Shown: positions 1 through 9,710 of the stretch, one piece after another
How the letters are laid out: each line of letters opens with the position of its first letter
Numbering within the stretch: the first letter of the stretch is position 1
Assembly: GCA_029269845.2 (NCBI GenBank)
Contig: CP149973.1
Coordinates: 1,410,001 to 1,442,000 of the forward strand
Reading direction: 5' to 3'
DNA: 32,000 nucleotides
Source of the DNA: Opitutia bacterium KCR 482
Lineage (GTDB): Bacteria; Verrucomicrobiota; Verrucomicrobiia; Opitutales; Intestinicryptomonadaceae
Program-made: the position numbers and the translations under genes
The notes under the pieces: model-generated
The model's input: the letters and a program-made list of their open reading frames with translations, nothing else
Database searches by the model: none
Told to the model about the DNA's origin: nothing

Positions 1-2
1 AA

Positions 3-917
3 GTCGCCAAAAACCCGATTCTCCGCGCAAACGAATTCCTGACCTACTGCTTCTTCTACCGCGGCGATGTGAAAAAATCGCCGCACCGCGTTGACGTTGT
101 GTTCGACAAAAAATTCGTCGAAACAAGCCCGATGATGTGCATGGGCATAAACGCGGAACAGTCCAAAATTGCGTTCCTTACGGGCTTTGCGATAGACTTC
201 CCCTCCGCCCGCAAGATTTCCGACTTGAAAGACGTGCGCGTAAAACCCGCCGACTTCACGCTCAGCCCGTCGGGCTTCTCCGCGGCAAACATGCTTTCCG
301 ACTTCGGAAGCCTCGGTTCGGGCGACAGCTCGGGCTTCGACCTGCCCGCATTTGCGGCTGAATTGAAGTCGCGCGGAATCCTCTCCAAAGACAACATCTC
401 CGACCCCGCCAACGGCGTCTTCCAAAGCGACACCGGCGAGATTGTCCTCGACTTCAAGAGGCGTCTCGCAAAGGTAATCACTCCGAAGAGCGAGGCTGTC
501 GTGTTCAAGCCCGAAACAAAGAACGAAAAGCTCGGCGCGCTGACGGTGGTTTCCTCCGACGTCGCGGCGTCGGTCGCCGCCGCTTCGATGGACGGCGCGC
601 CGCTTGCCGAATCGTCGCGAATAGTGCTCGTCTACGCAACCGACACCGTCGCGAGCGGCTTCAAGGTTTCGCAGTCGCGCGAGGCGTTGAAATTCAGGGG
701 CACCCAGCCGATACTTTTGCGCGTCGGCAAACTTTCCGCAAAACTGCGCCTGAACCCGCGTTCCGACGGCAAAAAATTCGCCCTCCACGCGCTCAAACTC
801 AACGGCGAGCGCATAGCGGAAATTCCGCTGAAATACGACGGCGGCGAAATGATTATCTACATCGACACGTCGAAACTTTCCGAACCCGCCGTGTTCTACG
901 AACTCGTCGCGGAATAG
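3..917 (+). CDS. 3' portion of a larger gene entering from upstream of the window; unknown function
   Basis: The frame is open from base 3: VAKNPILRANEFLTYCFFYRGD precedes the track's Met at 69. TAG at 915-917 is followed by a strong terminator hairpin. Amino-acid composition is protein-like, unlike the overlapping antisense ORF 56..508. I recognise no nameable motif. Confidence 0.55.
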   Translation, partial: VAKNPILRANEFLTYCFFYRGDVKKSPHRVDVVFDKKFVETSPMMCMGINAEQSKIAFLTGFAIDFPSARKISDLKDVRVKPADFTLSPSGFSAANMLSDFGSLGSGDSSGFDLPAFAAELKSRGILSKDNISDPANGVFQSDTGEIVLDFKRRLAKVITPKSEAVVFKPETKNEKLGALTVVSSDVAASVAAASMDGAPLAESSRIVLVYATDTVASGFKVSQSREALKFRGTQPILLRVGKLSAKLRLNPRSDGKKFALHALKLNGERIAEIPLKYDGGEMIIYIDTSKLSEPAVFYELVAE

Positions 918-940
918 TTTGACCTGCGCAAAACGAAATT

Positions 941-984
941 CCCGCCCCGCCGCGAAGTCCCGCGGGCGGGGCGGATTTGTTTGG
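941..984. terminator. Bidirectional rho-independent terminator between convergent genes
   Basis: GC-rich hairpin CCGCCCCGCCGCG-aagtc-CGCGG(G)CGGGGCGG with one bulge. It is followed by ATTTGTTTGG on the + strand and by AATTTCGTTTTGCG on the - strand. It lies between the stops at 917 (+) and 1066 (-). Confidence 0.75.
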
Positions 985-1065
985 GGCGTTCGGGGGCGGA
1001 CTTTCTTGCGCGGGGCGTCGGATTTTGCCGCCTTTTGATTTCCACAAGCCGCGCGCAGGGTTAGA

Positions 1066-1869
1066 TTATTTTTGCGAAAGATTAAAAAATTCCTCCGCGT
1101 TTTCCTCCGTCTTTGCCGCAATGTATTCGGGCGAAACGCCGAAGATTTCCGCCGCCGCCCGCGCGGTGTCGGCAAGCATTGCGGGTTCGCAGGTCTTGCC
1201 CCTGCGCGGCACGGGCGCAAGGTAGGGGCAGTCGGTCTCCAACATGAGTTTGCCAAGCCCCTGCGCGAGCATCGCCGCCCGCATTTCGCCCGCGTTTCTG
1301 TATGTGATTATCCCCGTGAACGACGCCCTTGCGCCGCGCTCGTTAAGCTCGGCGAGCTTTTCGGGCGAACCCGCAAAACAGTGGAAAACCGCGTTTGAGA
1401 AGTCGAGCCGCGCGCGCTCGATTTCGGCAATGCACTCGTCGATTGCGCCGCGGGCGTGGACGCACACGCGCAGTCCGAGGTCGGCGGCAATGCGCAGTTG
1501 GCGGGCGAAGATTTCGCGCTGGCGAAGTTTTTTGCGCTCCGATTCTTCGGGGTCGTCGGGCAGAAAATGGAAGTCGAGACCTATTTCCCCGACGGCTACG
1601 GGCAGTCTGCCGCCGCCGACGAAAAGCGAGGGCAGGGCGTCGAGCGCGGTGTCGGAGTCGTCGGAAATATCTTCGGGGTGGATTCCCGCCTGCCAGAATA
1701 TTTCGGGGTGCTTTTCGGCGGCATCGCGGTATGAAATCCAGTCGGCGGGATTTGTGGAGCATGTGATAACCCGCTCCACGCCCGCGCGTTTCGCGCGTTC
1801 GAGCGTTTCGGCGAGCGCGCCGTTTTTTATGAATCCGTCCAAGTGGGCGTGTGTGTCCGTGAGTTTCAT
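1066..1869 (-). CDS. tatD: TatD-family metal-dependent hydrolase/DNase
   Basis: Starts MKLTDTHAHLDGF (HxH metal site). This is followed by GEIGLDFH, VCVHARGA, FHCFAG and LMLETDCPYLAP in the usual TatD order. 267 aa. Confidence 0.9.
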   Translation of the reverse strand: MKLTDTHAHLDGFIKNGALAETLERAKRAGVERVITCSTNPADWISYRDAAEKHPEIFWQAGIHPEDISDDSDTALDALPSLFVGGGRLPVAVGEIGLDFHFLPDDPEESERKKLRQREIFARQLRIAADLGLRVCVHARGAIDECIAEIERARLDFSNAVFHCFAGSPEKLAELNERGARASFTGIITYRNAGEMRAAMLAQGLGKLMLETDCPYLAPVPRRGKTCEPAMLADTARAAAEIFGVSPEYIAAKTEENAEEFFNLSQK

Positions 1870-1974
1870 TTTGCGCGTTTTTTACGATATTTCACCTGCC
1901 GGTTCAACAAGGAAATTCGGACGCGGACAATATGCTTGCGGAAAATCGGGAAGTTTTTTTAGATAAAGGCAAAT

Positions 1975-2889
1975 ATGGAAGAAATAATAATAATCGGAAG
2001 TGGCTGCGCTGGAATGGGGGCGGCGATATACGCCGCGCGCGCGGGCGCAAAGCCCCTCGTGCTCGAAGGCTCGCGGCCGGGAGGACTCCTTACGACGACA
2101 AGCGAAGTCGAAAACTACCCCGCTTTCCCTGAGGGCGTGGGCGGCTTCGACCTCGTCTGGAAAATGCGCGAACAGGCGCAGAAATTCGGCGCAAGGACGG
2201 AAAACGCGACCGTCGTGAAAGTCGATTTTTCGGGCGATGTAAAAAAACTCTACGGCGTCGACGGCAAAGTTTTCGAGGCAAAGAAAGTGATAATCGCCAC
2301 GGGCGCGTCGCCGCGCATGACGGGCGCAAAGGGCGAGGCCGAGCTTCTCGGCACGGGCGGCGTCTCCGTTTGCGCCACCTGCGACGGCGCGTTCTACAAG
2401 GGTAAAGACGTTGCGGTAATCGGCGGCGGCGACACCGCCTGCGAGGAGGCGCTGTTCTTGTCGCGCTTTTGTTCGTCGGTGAAAATTGTCCACAGGCGCG
2501 ACTCTTTCAGGGCGTCGCGCGTGATGTCGGAGCGCGTGGCGGCTAACCCCAAAATTTCGGTCGTCTGGAACTCCGTGCTCGAAGAGGTTTTGAAGAACGA
2601 AAACGGCAAGTGCCGCGGAATTTCCGTAAAAAACACGGCGGACGGCTCCGTTTCGGAAATCCCGTGCGCGGGCGTGTTCATCGCAATAGGATACGTCCCC
2701 GACACAAAAGCTTTTGTAAATGCCGTTGACACCGACAAAGACGGCTACATTATACCATACGGAAAAACGCTTGTGCAGACGAGCGTCGCCGACGTCTACG
2801 CGGCGGGCGACTGCACCGACCGCGTTTTCGGGCAGGCGATAACCGCAACCGCCATGGGCTGCATGGCGGCGATTCTCGCAAGCTCGTAG
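1975..2889 (+). CDS. trxB: Thioredoxin-disulfide reductase
   Basis: FAD-binding IIIGSGCAGMGAAIYAARAG, redox-active CATCDG, NADPH-binding VIGGGDTACEEALFLS, and C-terminal YAAGDC. 304 aa. Confidence 0.93.
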   Translation: MEEIIIIGSGCAGMGAAIYAARAGAKPLVLEGSRPGGLLTTTSEVENYPAFPEGVGGFDLVWKMREQAQKFGARTENATVVKVDFSGDVKKLYGVDGKVFEAKKVIIATGASPRMTGAKGEAELLGTGGVSVCATCDGAFYKGKDVAVIGGGDTACEEALFLSRFCSSVKIVHRRDSFRASRVMSERVAANPKISVVWNSVLEEVLKNENGKCRGISVKNTADGSVSEIPCAGVFIAIGYVPDTKAFVNAVDTDKDGYIIPYGKTLVQTSVADVYAAGDCTDRVFGQAITATAMGCMAAILASS

Positions 2890-2949
2890 CGCGTTCCTCC
2901 CGACGGACGCGCGGGGAAAATCCGCGTCCGCAACAATACGCACACTACA

Positions 2950-3825
2950 ATGGTAAAACTTACGGCAACAATTTCAGACGCGCTCGTCCAGCCGCTTGAA
3001 GACGCGTTCTGCGAACTAACGCGATCGAGCTGGGGCATAGAAAAAATCAACGACCGCACCGCGCCCGAACTCTTCGGGTATTTCGATTCGGACGGCGACG
3101 CAAAACAGGCCTACGCGGAAGTCCGCGGTCGCTTCCCGACAGTCCCCGAAACGTTTTCGATAGAGAAAATCGACGACCGCGACTGGCAGAACGAATACAA
3201 AAAATTCCTCAAACCGTGGACGTACCGCGACCTCCACTGGGTTCCCGAATGGATGCGCGGCGGCTACTCCGCCCCCGCCTCCGACAAGGTTCTATACTTC
3301 GACGCGGGGCTTGCATTCGGCACGGGCGACCACCCCACCACGCGCCTCTGCGCAATGGCTATGCTCGACTACGCCGGCGCGCACGATGTGTCCGATAAAT
3401 TCATAGTGGACGCGGGCTGCGGGTCGGGCATTCTCGCCCTGACCGCCAAGCTCTACGGCTTCGGCAAAATCTACGGCTTCGACCGCGACGAAGAGGCGGT
3501 GCGCGTGAGCGTCGAAAACGCCCGCGCCAACGGCATTCCGCTTGAAAACGTCTCGTTCGAGCACGCGGGGATTGAGCGCGCCCTTGCGGGCAAACAGGCG
3601 GACGTCGTATTGGCGAACATCATTTCCGACGTTTTGTGCATTTATGCCGATGTCCTTCTGGGCGCGGTAAAGCGCGGCGGACTGCTTGTGCTAAGCGGCA
3701 TTCTCGCCGTCGAAAACGAAAGGGTGCGCGACTACTTTCTGTCGCGCGGCGGCGGTATGATAGAGTCCGCCGAGCCGATGACGATGGGCGAATGGTCGCG
3801 CCTTGTGATAAAAATGAGGGATTAG
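2950..3825 (+). CDS. prmA: Ribosomal protein L11 methyltransferase
   Basis: DWQNEYKKFLKPW, FGTGDHPTTRLC, SAM-binding VDAGCGSGILAL, and LLVLSGIL. 291 aa. Confidence 0.88.
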   Translation: MVKLTATISDALVQPLEDAFCELTRSSWGIEKINDRTAPELFGYFDSDGDAKQAYAEVRGRFPTVPETFSIEKIDDRDWQNEYKKFLKPWTYRDLHWVPEWMRGGYSAPASDKVLYFDAGLAFGTGDHPTTRLCAMAMLDYAGAHDVSDKFIVDAGCGSGILALTAKLYGFGKIYGFDRDEEAVRVSVENARANGIPLENVSFEHAGIERALAGKQADVVLANIISDVLCIYADVLLGAVKRGGLLVLSGILAVENERVRDYFLSRGGGMIESAEPMTMGEWSRLVIKMRD

Positions 3826-3829
3826 TTCC

Positions 3830-4795
3830 GTGGCGGAGACTATCGCAGCACTCAAAAACTCGCGCGAGGACGACGGGCGCAGAAGCTTCCGCGTGGTTGG
3901 GCTTCTGCGGTCGGCGCAGGTGAAGATTGCAAAGAACGGCAGCGAATTTCTCATGCTCGAATTCGGCGACAACGGCGGCTCGTTCTCGTCGATGTGCTTC
4001 GACGGCTCGCCCGCGTTCGACGCCCTGCGCGACGCCCCCGTGGGCGCGGCGTTCGAAGTCTGCGGCACGACCGACTTCTATCAGGGGCGTTTCAGCCCGA
4101 AGATTGACTCCGTCCGCAGAATCGAGGGCGAGGAGCTTGACGCCATGGTCGAAGCCCTCGCGCCCGTCTCGCCCTACGACCCCGACGAGATGCGCACCGA
4201 GCTTGAATCTTTCATCGAGCGCATAAACGACGAGCCCCTGCGCAACACCGTCCAGTCCGCGATAGATTCCGTGGGAGAGGCGTTTTTCAAAAGCACCGCG
4301 GCGGTAAAAATGCACCACGCCTACGTTTTCGGGCTGCTTGAACACACGCTGAAAACCGCGCGAATGGCGTCCGCATTGCTGCCGCTCTACCCCTTTGTGG
4401 ACGCCGACTTGGCTCTCGCGGGCTGCATTCTCCACGACATCGGCAAAGTGCGCGAGTACTCTCAGGGGCTTGTCCCCGAACGCACGAAAATCGGCATTTT
4501 GCAGGGGCATGTCGTCTTGGGATACAGAATAGTGCGCGGCGCGGGGCTGAAAAACGGGCTTAAACGCAGCATTCTCGAACGCCTCGAACACATAATTTTG
4601 AGCCATCAGGGCGAGCCCGAATGGGGCGCGGCGGCGCGGGCGGCGACACCCGAAGCCGTGTTCGTTTCGAACGTGGACAACTTCGACGCGAAAATGGGCG
4701 CGATTGAAGCCGCGCTCGCTTCGGCGGGAGACGCAGAATTCGTCGAAGTCGGCGCGTTGCGGGCAAAGGTTCTCGCCGAAAAACCGCAGTATTGA
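3830..4795 (+). CDS. OB-fold plus HD-domain phosphohydrolase (YhaM-type 3'-5' exoribonuclease architecture)
   Basis: GTG start 4 nt after the prmA stop. An N-terminal OB-like segment (FLMLEFGDNGGSF...FEVCGTTDFYQGRF) is followed by HD-domain motifs HHAYVFGLLEHTL, ILHDIGK and LSHQGEPEWG. 321 aa. Confidence 0.75.
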   Translation: MAETIAALKNSREDDGRRSFRVVGLLRSAQVKIAKNGSEFLMLEFGDNGGSFSSMCFDGSPAFDALRDAPVGAAFEVCGTTDFYQGRFSPKIDSVRRIEGEELDAMVEALAPVSPYDPDEMRTELESFIERINDEPLRNTVQSAIDSVGEAFFKSTAAVKMHHAYVFGLLEHTLKTARMASALLPLYPFVDADLALAGCILHDIGKVREYSQGLVPERTKIGILQGHVVLGYRIVRGAGLKNGLKRSILERLEHIILSHQGEPEWGAAARAATPEAVFVSNVDNFDAKMGAIEAALASAGDAEFVEVGALRAKVLAEKPQY

Positions 4796-4800
4796 TTTTT

Positions 4801-5412
4801 ATGGAAATTTACATAGCAACATCGAACAAACACAAAGTCTCCGAGTTCGGCGAAATGTTCGCCGCCGCGGGGCTGAAATGCGTCGTGCGCTCCGCCGCCG
4901 ACGTAATCGGCTTCGAAAGCCCCGTCGAGGACGGCGGCACTTTCGAGGAAAACGCGTTCATCAAGGCGGAGGCGTTGAAGCGCAAAACCCCGCCCGACGC
5001 GTACGTCATGGCGGACGACAGCGGAATTGTCGTTGACGCGCTCGGCGGCGCGCCGGGGATACGCTCGGCGCGGTACGCGGGCGTTTCGGGCGCGGGCGCG
5101 GACTCCGCCAACAACGAAAAACTTTTGCGCGAGCTTGCCGACGTTCCCGACGGAAAACGGAGCGCGCGCTTCGTCTGCGCAATCGCGCTTATTTGCCCCG
5201 ACGGCGAACGCGCGGCGTTTTGCGGGAAAATCGAGGGCGTCATAAACAGGGGCGCGGCGGGCGTCAACGGCTTCGGCTACGACCCGCTTTTCTGCCTGCC
5301 CGAATGCGGCAAAACCACGGCGGAACTTTCGCCCGAAGAGAAAAACGCAATAAGCCACAGGGGCGCGGCGTTCGCGAAACTCGCGGAATTTTTGAAAACC
5401 AAAACAAAGTAA
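4801..5412 (+). CDS. rdgB: dITP/XTP pyrophosphatase (Ham1/RdgB family)
   Basis: MEIYIATSNKHKVSEF, MADDSGIVVDALGGAPGIRSARY, RSARFVCAIAL, GFGYDPLF, ISHRGAAF. ATG at 4801 is preferred over the track's TTG at 4792, which overlaps the upstream stop codon. Confidence 0.9.
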   Translation: MEIYIATSNKHKVSEFGEMFAAAGLKCVVRSAADVIGFESPVEDGGTFEENAFIKAEALKRKTPPDAYVMADDSGIVVDALGGAPGIRSARYAGVSGAGADSANNEKLLRELADVPDGKRSARFVCAIALICPDGERAAFCGKIEGVINRGAAGVNGFGYDPLFCLPECGKTTAELSPEEKNAISHRGAAFAKLAEFLKTKTK

Positions 5413-5416
5413 AAAT

Positions 5417-6535
5417 ATGAAAAAATACCTATCGGCATTGTTGGGGCTCGCGGCGTTGTGCGCGGGCTGCTCGCAGAGCGTGGAAGTCTCCGACTTCGGC
5501 AAAACAAAGGACGGCCAGACCGTAAAGGAGTACGTCCTTAAAAATTCGCGCGGCACAACCGCAAAGATTCTCGACTACGGCGCGATTATCCGCGAACTGC
5601 GCGTCGCCGACCGCAACGGTAAATTCGGCGATATCGTTCTGGGCTTCGACAACGTTTCGGACTACGAAACCAAAAGCCCGTATTTCGGCGCGGTCGTGGG
5701 ACGCTACGGCAACAGAATCGCCGACGGCAAATTCAGCCTCGACGGCAAAGAGTACAATGTCTCGAAAAACGAAAAGGGCATTACCTGCCTACACGGCGGC
5801 GCGGTCGGTTTCGACAAGAAAATCTGGAAGGCGGAAACGCGCACAACTCCCGACGCGTCCGTTTTGAAGCTCACCCTCGTTTCGCCCGACGGCGACCAGG
5901 GCTTCCCCGGAAACCTCAAAGCGGTAGTGGTCTACACGCTCGACAACAACGACGCGCTCACCGTGGAATACTCCGCCACGACCGACAAGCCCACCGTTTG
6001 CAACCTCACAAACCACTCCTACTTCAATCTCGCGGGCGCGGGCGAGGGCACAATCCTCAATCAGGAGCTTGCGCTCGACGCCGACAAATACACGGTTGTG
6101 GACCGGAAACTCATTCCCACGGGCGAACTCCGCAAGGTTGACGGCACGCCGTTCGACTTCCGCAAACCCGAAAAAGTCGGCGCGCGCATAAATTCTTCCG
6201 ACGAGCAAATCAAGACGGGCAGGGGCTACGACCACAACTTCGTGTTCCGCAAGGGGCAGACCGCCGAACCCGTCGCCGCCGCCTCGCTTTACGACCCCGC
6301 CAGCGGCCGCCTCATGGTTATCGAAACCACTGAGCCCGCCGTGCAGTTTTACAGCGGCAACGGCTTGGACGGCGTAGCGGGCAAGGGGGGCAAGAAGTAC
6401 GTTAAAAACGGCGCGCTCGCTCTCGAAACGCAGCACTACCCCGACTCGCCCAACCAGAAGGACTTCCCGTCCACGACGCTCCGCCCGAACGAGCAGTACA
6501 AGAGCAAGACGGTCTTCAAATTCTCCACAAAATAG
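5417..6535 (+). CDS. galM: Aldose 1-epimerase (galactose mutarotase), exported or lipoprotein form
   Basis: Signal peptide MKKYLSALLGLAALCAGCSQ with a lipobox-like Cys. Mutarotase motifs YGNRIADGKFSLDGKEY...LHGG, NHSYFNL, GYDHNF and ETQHYPDSPN. 372 aa. Confidence 0.88.
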   Translation: MKKYLSALLGLAALCAGCSQSVEVSDFGKTKDGQTVKEYVLKNSRGTTAKILDYGAIIRELRVADRNGKFGDIVLGFDNVSDYETKSPYFGAVVGRYGNRIADGKFSLDGKEYNVSKNEKGITCLHGGAVGFDKKIWKAETRTTPDASVLKLTLVSPDGDQGFPGNLKAVVVYTLDNNDALTVEYSATTDKPTVCNLTNHSYFNLAGAGEGTILNQELALDADKYTVVDRKLIPTGELRKVDGTPFDFRKPEKVGARINSSDEQIKTGRGYDHNFVFRKGQTAEPVAAASLYDPASGRLMVIETTEPAVQFYSGNGLDGVAGKGGKKYVKNGALALETQHYPDSPNQKDFPSTTLRPNEQYKSKTVFKFSTK

Positions 6536-6558
6536 AATCGGAAACCCGAAAACAAAAA

Positions 6559-6589
6559 CAGCTCCCGAAAAATCGGGAGCTGTTTTTTT
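6559..6589 (+). terminator. Rho-independent terminator after galM
   Basis: Perfect 10-bp stem CAGCTCCCGA-aaaa-TCGGGAGCTG followed by T7, then GCGCC. Confidence 0.85.
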
Positions 6590-6736
6590 GCGCCTTCGCC
6601 CGCCGACATTTCGCTTCGGGCTGCATTGCCGTTTCAACGCGGACTTATTGGGGGGCGCAATTACTGCCGCGGAAACGCAAATCGCGCAAAGTTCCGCAGG
6701 CAGTCGCCTTGTGTCTTGGTGGCGCAAATTTCCGAG

Positions 6737-8584
6737 CTATGGGCGGCGGGGGGCGCTCCAAAATATTTCCATGCCGCAGCGGTTGCAGTCGAAGCGCAGG
6801 CGTAGCTCGGCGGAATCGTTGACGAGAAAAAGCGGTTCTTCGAGCTTTTTGCCCGACGTTTTTTTGCACATTCCAAGCTCCCGCAAAATGCAGTGTTTTG
6901 TGGTCATCACGCGCTTGCCGCGCATGTCGGGGCGTTCGATTTCGCAGGCGAATTCGGAGACGCTTGCGCCGAACCTTTCGTGGAATTTTGCGGCGTAGCC
7001 GTTTGCGATGTTTTCGTCGGAGTCGAGCGGTTTTGAAAACGCCTTGTAGAACTGCGGCGGGCGCGGCTTGCGGTTGCGGAGCTTGGCGTTGTAGGCGTCG
7101 AGTATATTTGCTTCGAGCGCGGCCACAAGCCCGCGCCTGATTGCGTTGATTTCCGCCGCCCGCAAAAACGGCGCGCAAGAAATTCGCACGTCGTCGGTGG
7201 AAAACGGGGTGTTGCCGAGCTTTGAAAGGTTCTGGGCAAGGGAGGCGCGGGCGGCGTCGGGGTTCTTCGCGCGCTCGAATTCCGGCAGAATCATTTCGGC
7301 GCGGGCGTTGCGGTCGTCGAGGGTTTTTATCGAAAACGCTATTTGCCCGCCGCGCTCCTCCGCCGAAATTTCGACGGGCATTTTTCTGACCGCCTCGCGC
7401 GAAAGCCCGCTTTCGAATGCGGTGTTTTTGTTTCTGTAAATTTTGGCTCCCGCGGGAATTTCCGCGCGCCCGTTCGGCGTTCCGACGAACACCCTGTCGC
7501 CGTCGATTTTCGAGACGCTCGCCCCCGACGCTCCGCCGTCCCATTCGAAGGCGAGCCCGTCGCCGTTTGCGAGTGTTTTGTCCGCGCCGCGCAGTGTGAA
7601 TCCGCCGCGGAAAACTCTTTCCGCCGCGCCGAGAAGTTCGCCCCGCGCCTTCGGCGTCGCGAAAGACGCGCAGCCTCCCTGCGTTCCGTGCAGGTGGTAT
7701 TCGCAGAACCCGCGGTTGAACGACTTTTCCGCCGACGGCTCGAAAACCGTTTCGACGTACCCGTAGGACGGCTTTTCGACGCGCCGCTTTTCAAGCTCGG
7801 CGTCGAGCAGTTTGCGGTAGAGGGCGGTTATGTTTTTGACGTATCCCGCGTCTTTGAGTCTGCCCTCTATTTTGAAAATGTCCACGCCCGCGTCGAGCAG
7901 TTCGCCGAGCGAGCGCGAGCGGTTCATGTCGCGCAGGGAAAGGTAGTGCGCGGCGGGGGCGATTTCGTTTCCGCGGGCGTCGAGCAGCCTGTATTTCATG
8001 CGGCACGGCTGGGCGCATTCGCCCCTGTTGCCGCTGCGCCCGCCTATCGCAAAGCTCAGCTTGCAGCGTCCGCTGTACGAAACGCAGAGCGCGCCGTGCA
8101 CAAAGCACTCCAAGCGCGTCGATGGTTTGAGGGCGGCTGAAATTTCGGAAATCTCGCGCAGCGAAAGTTCCCGCGCGACTACGATTGTGTCGAAGCCGCA
8201 CGCCTCCAAAAATTTCGCCTTTTTCGGGGTCGTCGTGTGGCACTGCGTGCTTGAATGGATTGCAATCGGCGGAAGCCCGTATTCCAGCAGTCCCAAATCC
8301 TGAACGATGAGCGCGTCCACGTTCGCCTCGTAGAGCTTTTGCGCAAGCCTTGCCGCGCGGGGAACTTCGGCGTCGGAAAGAATCGTGTTCAGGGCGACGT
8401 ACACCTTGCAGCCGTAGATGTGGGCGAAGTCGCAGAGCTTTGCGATGTCGTCAACCGTATTGCCCGCCGCGCTTCTTGCCCCGAATTCGTCCGCGCCGAT
8501 GTACACGGCGTCCGCGCCGCACAGAATCGCCGCGCGGGCGGTCTCGGCGTTTTTTGCGGGCGCGAGAAGTTCTGGCTTTTTCAT
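6737..8584 (-). CDS. Peptidase U32 family protein (long RlhA/YdcP-like form)
   Basis: LECFVHGALCVSYSGRCKLS fits the U32 signature E-x-F-x2-G-[SA]-[LIVM]-C-x4-G-x-C-x-[LIVM]-S exactly. The N-terminus is MKKPELLAPAKNAETARAAILCGADAVYIG. The internal ATG at 8584 is chosen, 1 nt after the upstream stop. 615 aa. Confidence 0.85.
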   Translation of the reverse strand: MKKPELLAPAKNAETARAAILCGADAVYIGADEFGARSAAGNTVDDIAKLCDFAHIYGCKVYVALNTILSDAEVPRAARLAQKLYEANVDALIVQDLGLLEYGLPPIAIHSSTQCHTTTPKKAKFLEACGFDTIVVARELSLREISEISAALKPSTRLECFVHGALCVSYSGRCKLSFAIGGRSGNRGECAQPCRMKYRLLDARGNEIAPAAHYLSLRDMNRSRSLGELLDAGVDIFKIEGRLKDAGYVKNITALYRKLLDAELEKRRVEKPSYGYVETVFEPSAEKSFNRGFCEYHLHGTQGGCASFATPKARGELLGAAERVFRGGFTLRGADKTLANGDGLAFEWDGGASGASVSKIDGDRVFVGTPNGRAEIPAGAKIYRNKNTAFESGLSREAVRKMPVEISAEERGGQIAFSIKTLDDRNARAEMILPEFERAKNPDAARASLAQNLSKLGNTPFSTDDVRISCAPFLRAAEINAIRRGLVAALEANILDAYNAKLRNRKPRPPQFYKAFSKPLDSDENIANGYAAKFHERFGASVSEFACEIERPDMRGKRVMTTKHCILRELGMCKKTSGKKLEEPLFLVNDSAELRLRFDCNRCGMEIFWSAPRRP

Positions 8585-8585
8585 G

Positions 8586-9560
8586 CTATTTTTCGGAATT
8601 GCCCTTAGGCTTCCACATGCAAAGCGCAACGAAAATCAGCGTAAGAAGCGCGAGCGACATGTAGCCTGACGTCAGCCCCGAACCGCCGAAATACACCATG
8701 TTCGGGCTTTTGCCTATTTCGAAAATCTTGCGGTATGTCTGGATTGAAAACACTATGCCCGCGTGCATGGCAATCGGCGCCCAGAGCATTTTAGTCCTGA
8801 TATAGAGCATGCAGAGCACCGCGCCGAACATGAAAAGCGTTGCGAAGTGCACGAACTGGAAGCTTGTGCCGATTCCGACAGTGTCGTACCACGCCACGAA
8901 AAAGCCGATGTCCCACGACGAATTGTGGACGCCTCCGGGGAGCGAGTCCCAAATTGAATTCGGGACTTTGAAGTGCTTGTACGCAAAAAACAGCGAGCTT
9001 AGCACGACCGCCGAAAGCGCGTCGAACGCCGTGTAAATCGAGCGCATTATAAGACAGCGCATTACAAGCTCTTCGAGAAAGCCGAGAATCAGCCCGCCGA
9101 GAATCGCCGAAATTAGAATGTTCGCAAGCTCGCTTCCGACGGCTCCAACAAACTTCACGTTGCAGAATGCGTATTGGAATGAGAAAATCACGACCGCAAG
9201 CCCCACGCCAAGCGCGAAGAATCTGAAAAAGTAGCCCGCCGCGCCGAGCGTGAACGGCATTCCGATGTTTTTGAAGGAAAACAGCCCGCAGCGTTTAATC
9301 ATGTACGGCAATCCGATTACAATCGGCGCCCACCTGAGCCTGTCGTAGAAAACGTCAACGCCCTTGCCGAGAAGCCAGCGCGTGGTTTCGGTCGATTCAA
9401 TCGAATCGACCCATTGCACGACCCAGTACGCGGGGGCGGTCAGCACCGCGGCAAAAAGCGTCGCGCCGAGGTAGATAAAAAGGAATAGTCCGAGCCCTTC
9501 GAAAGAGTGGCGGTTTGTTCCCAGCCCGAAGAGCATCAATTCTTTTTCGCGTTTAAACAT
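8586..9560 (-). CDS. CPBP-family (CAAX/Abi-type) intramembrane glutamic protease
   Basis: Polytopic membrane protein with motif 1 EELVMR (EExxxR), motif 2 FAYKH (FxxxH) and a third conserved His in PIAMHAGIVF. ATG at 9560 is chosen; the track's TTG at 9569 is an alternative. Confidence 0.8.
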   Translation of the reverse strand: MFKREKELMLFGLGTNRHSFEGLGLFLFIYLGATLFAAVLTAPAYWVVQWVDSIESTETTRWLLGKGVDVFYDRLRWAPIVIGLPYMIKRCGLFSFKNIGMPFTLGAAGYFFRFFALGVGLAVVIFSFQYAFCNVKFVGAVGSELANILISAILGGLILGFLEELVMRCLIMRSIYTAFDALSAVVLSSLFFAYKHFKVPNSIWDSLPGGVHNSSWDIGFFVAWYDTVGIGTSFQFVHFATLFMFGAVLCMLYIRTKMLWAPIAMHAGIVFSIQTYRKIFEIGKSPNMVYFGGSGLTSGYMSLALLTLIFVALCMWKPKGNSEK

Positions 9561-9710
9561 GGGGCGCAATTTAGACCAAAAAAATTTTTTTTAAAGCCAA
9601 AAAACGCCTCCCGCGCGCCCCGACTTTGCTCCAAGTCGGCGCGGAACGCAAATTACGCAAAAAAAAGCTGGAAATTTGAGAGTTTAGCGTATTGAATTTT
9701 CATTTGCAAA

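Noticed and set aside
1882-2943. 353-aa antisense ORF opposite trxB. The same class includes 3620..4606, 4606..5556, 5789..6727, 6645..7544, 13987..15051, 26228..27307, 27505..28413 and 28163..29296.
   Set aside because: Each is antisense to a gene with clear family motifs and has an R/A/G/V-biased junk composition. Long open antisense frames are expected at this GC content and codon bias.
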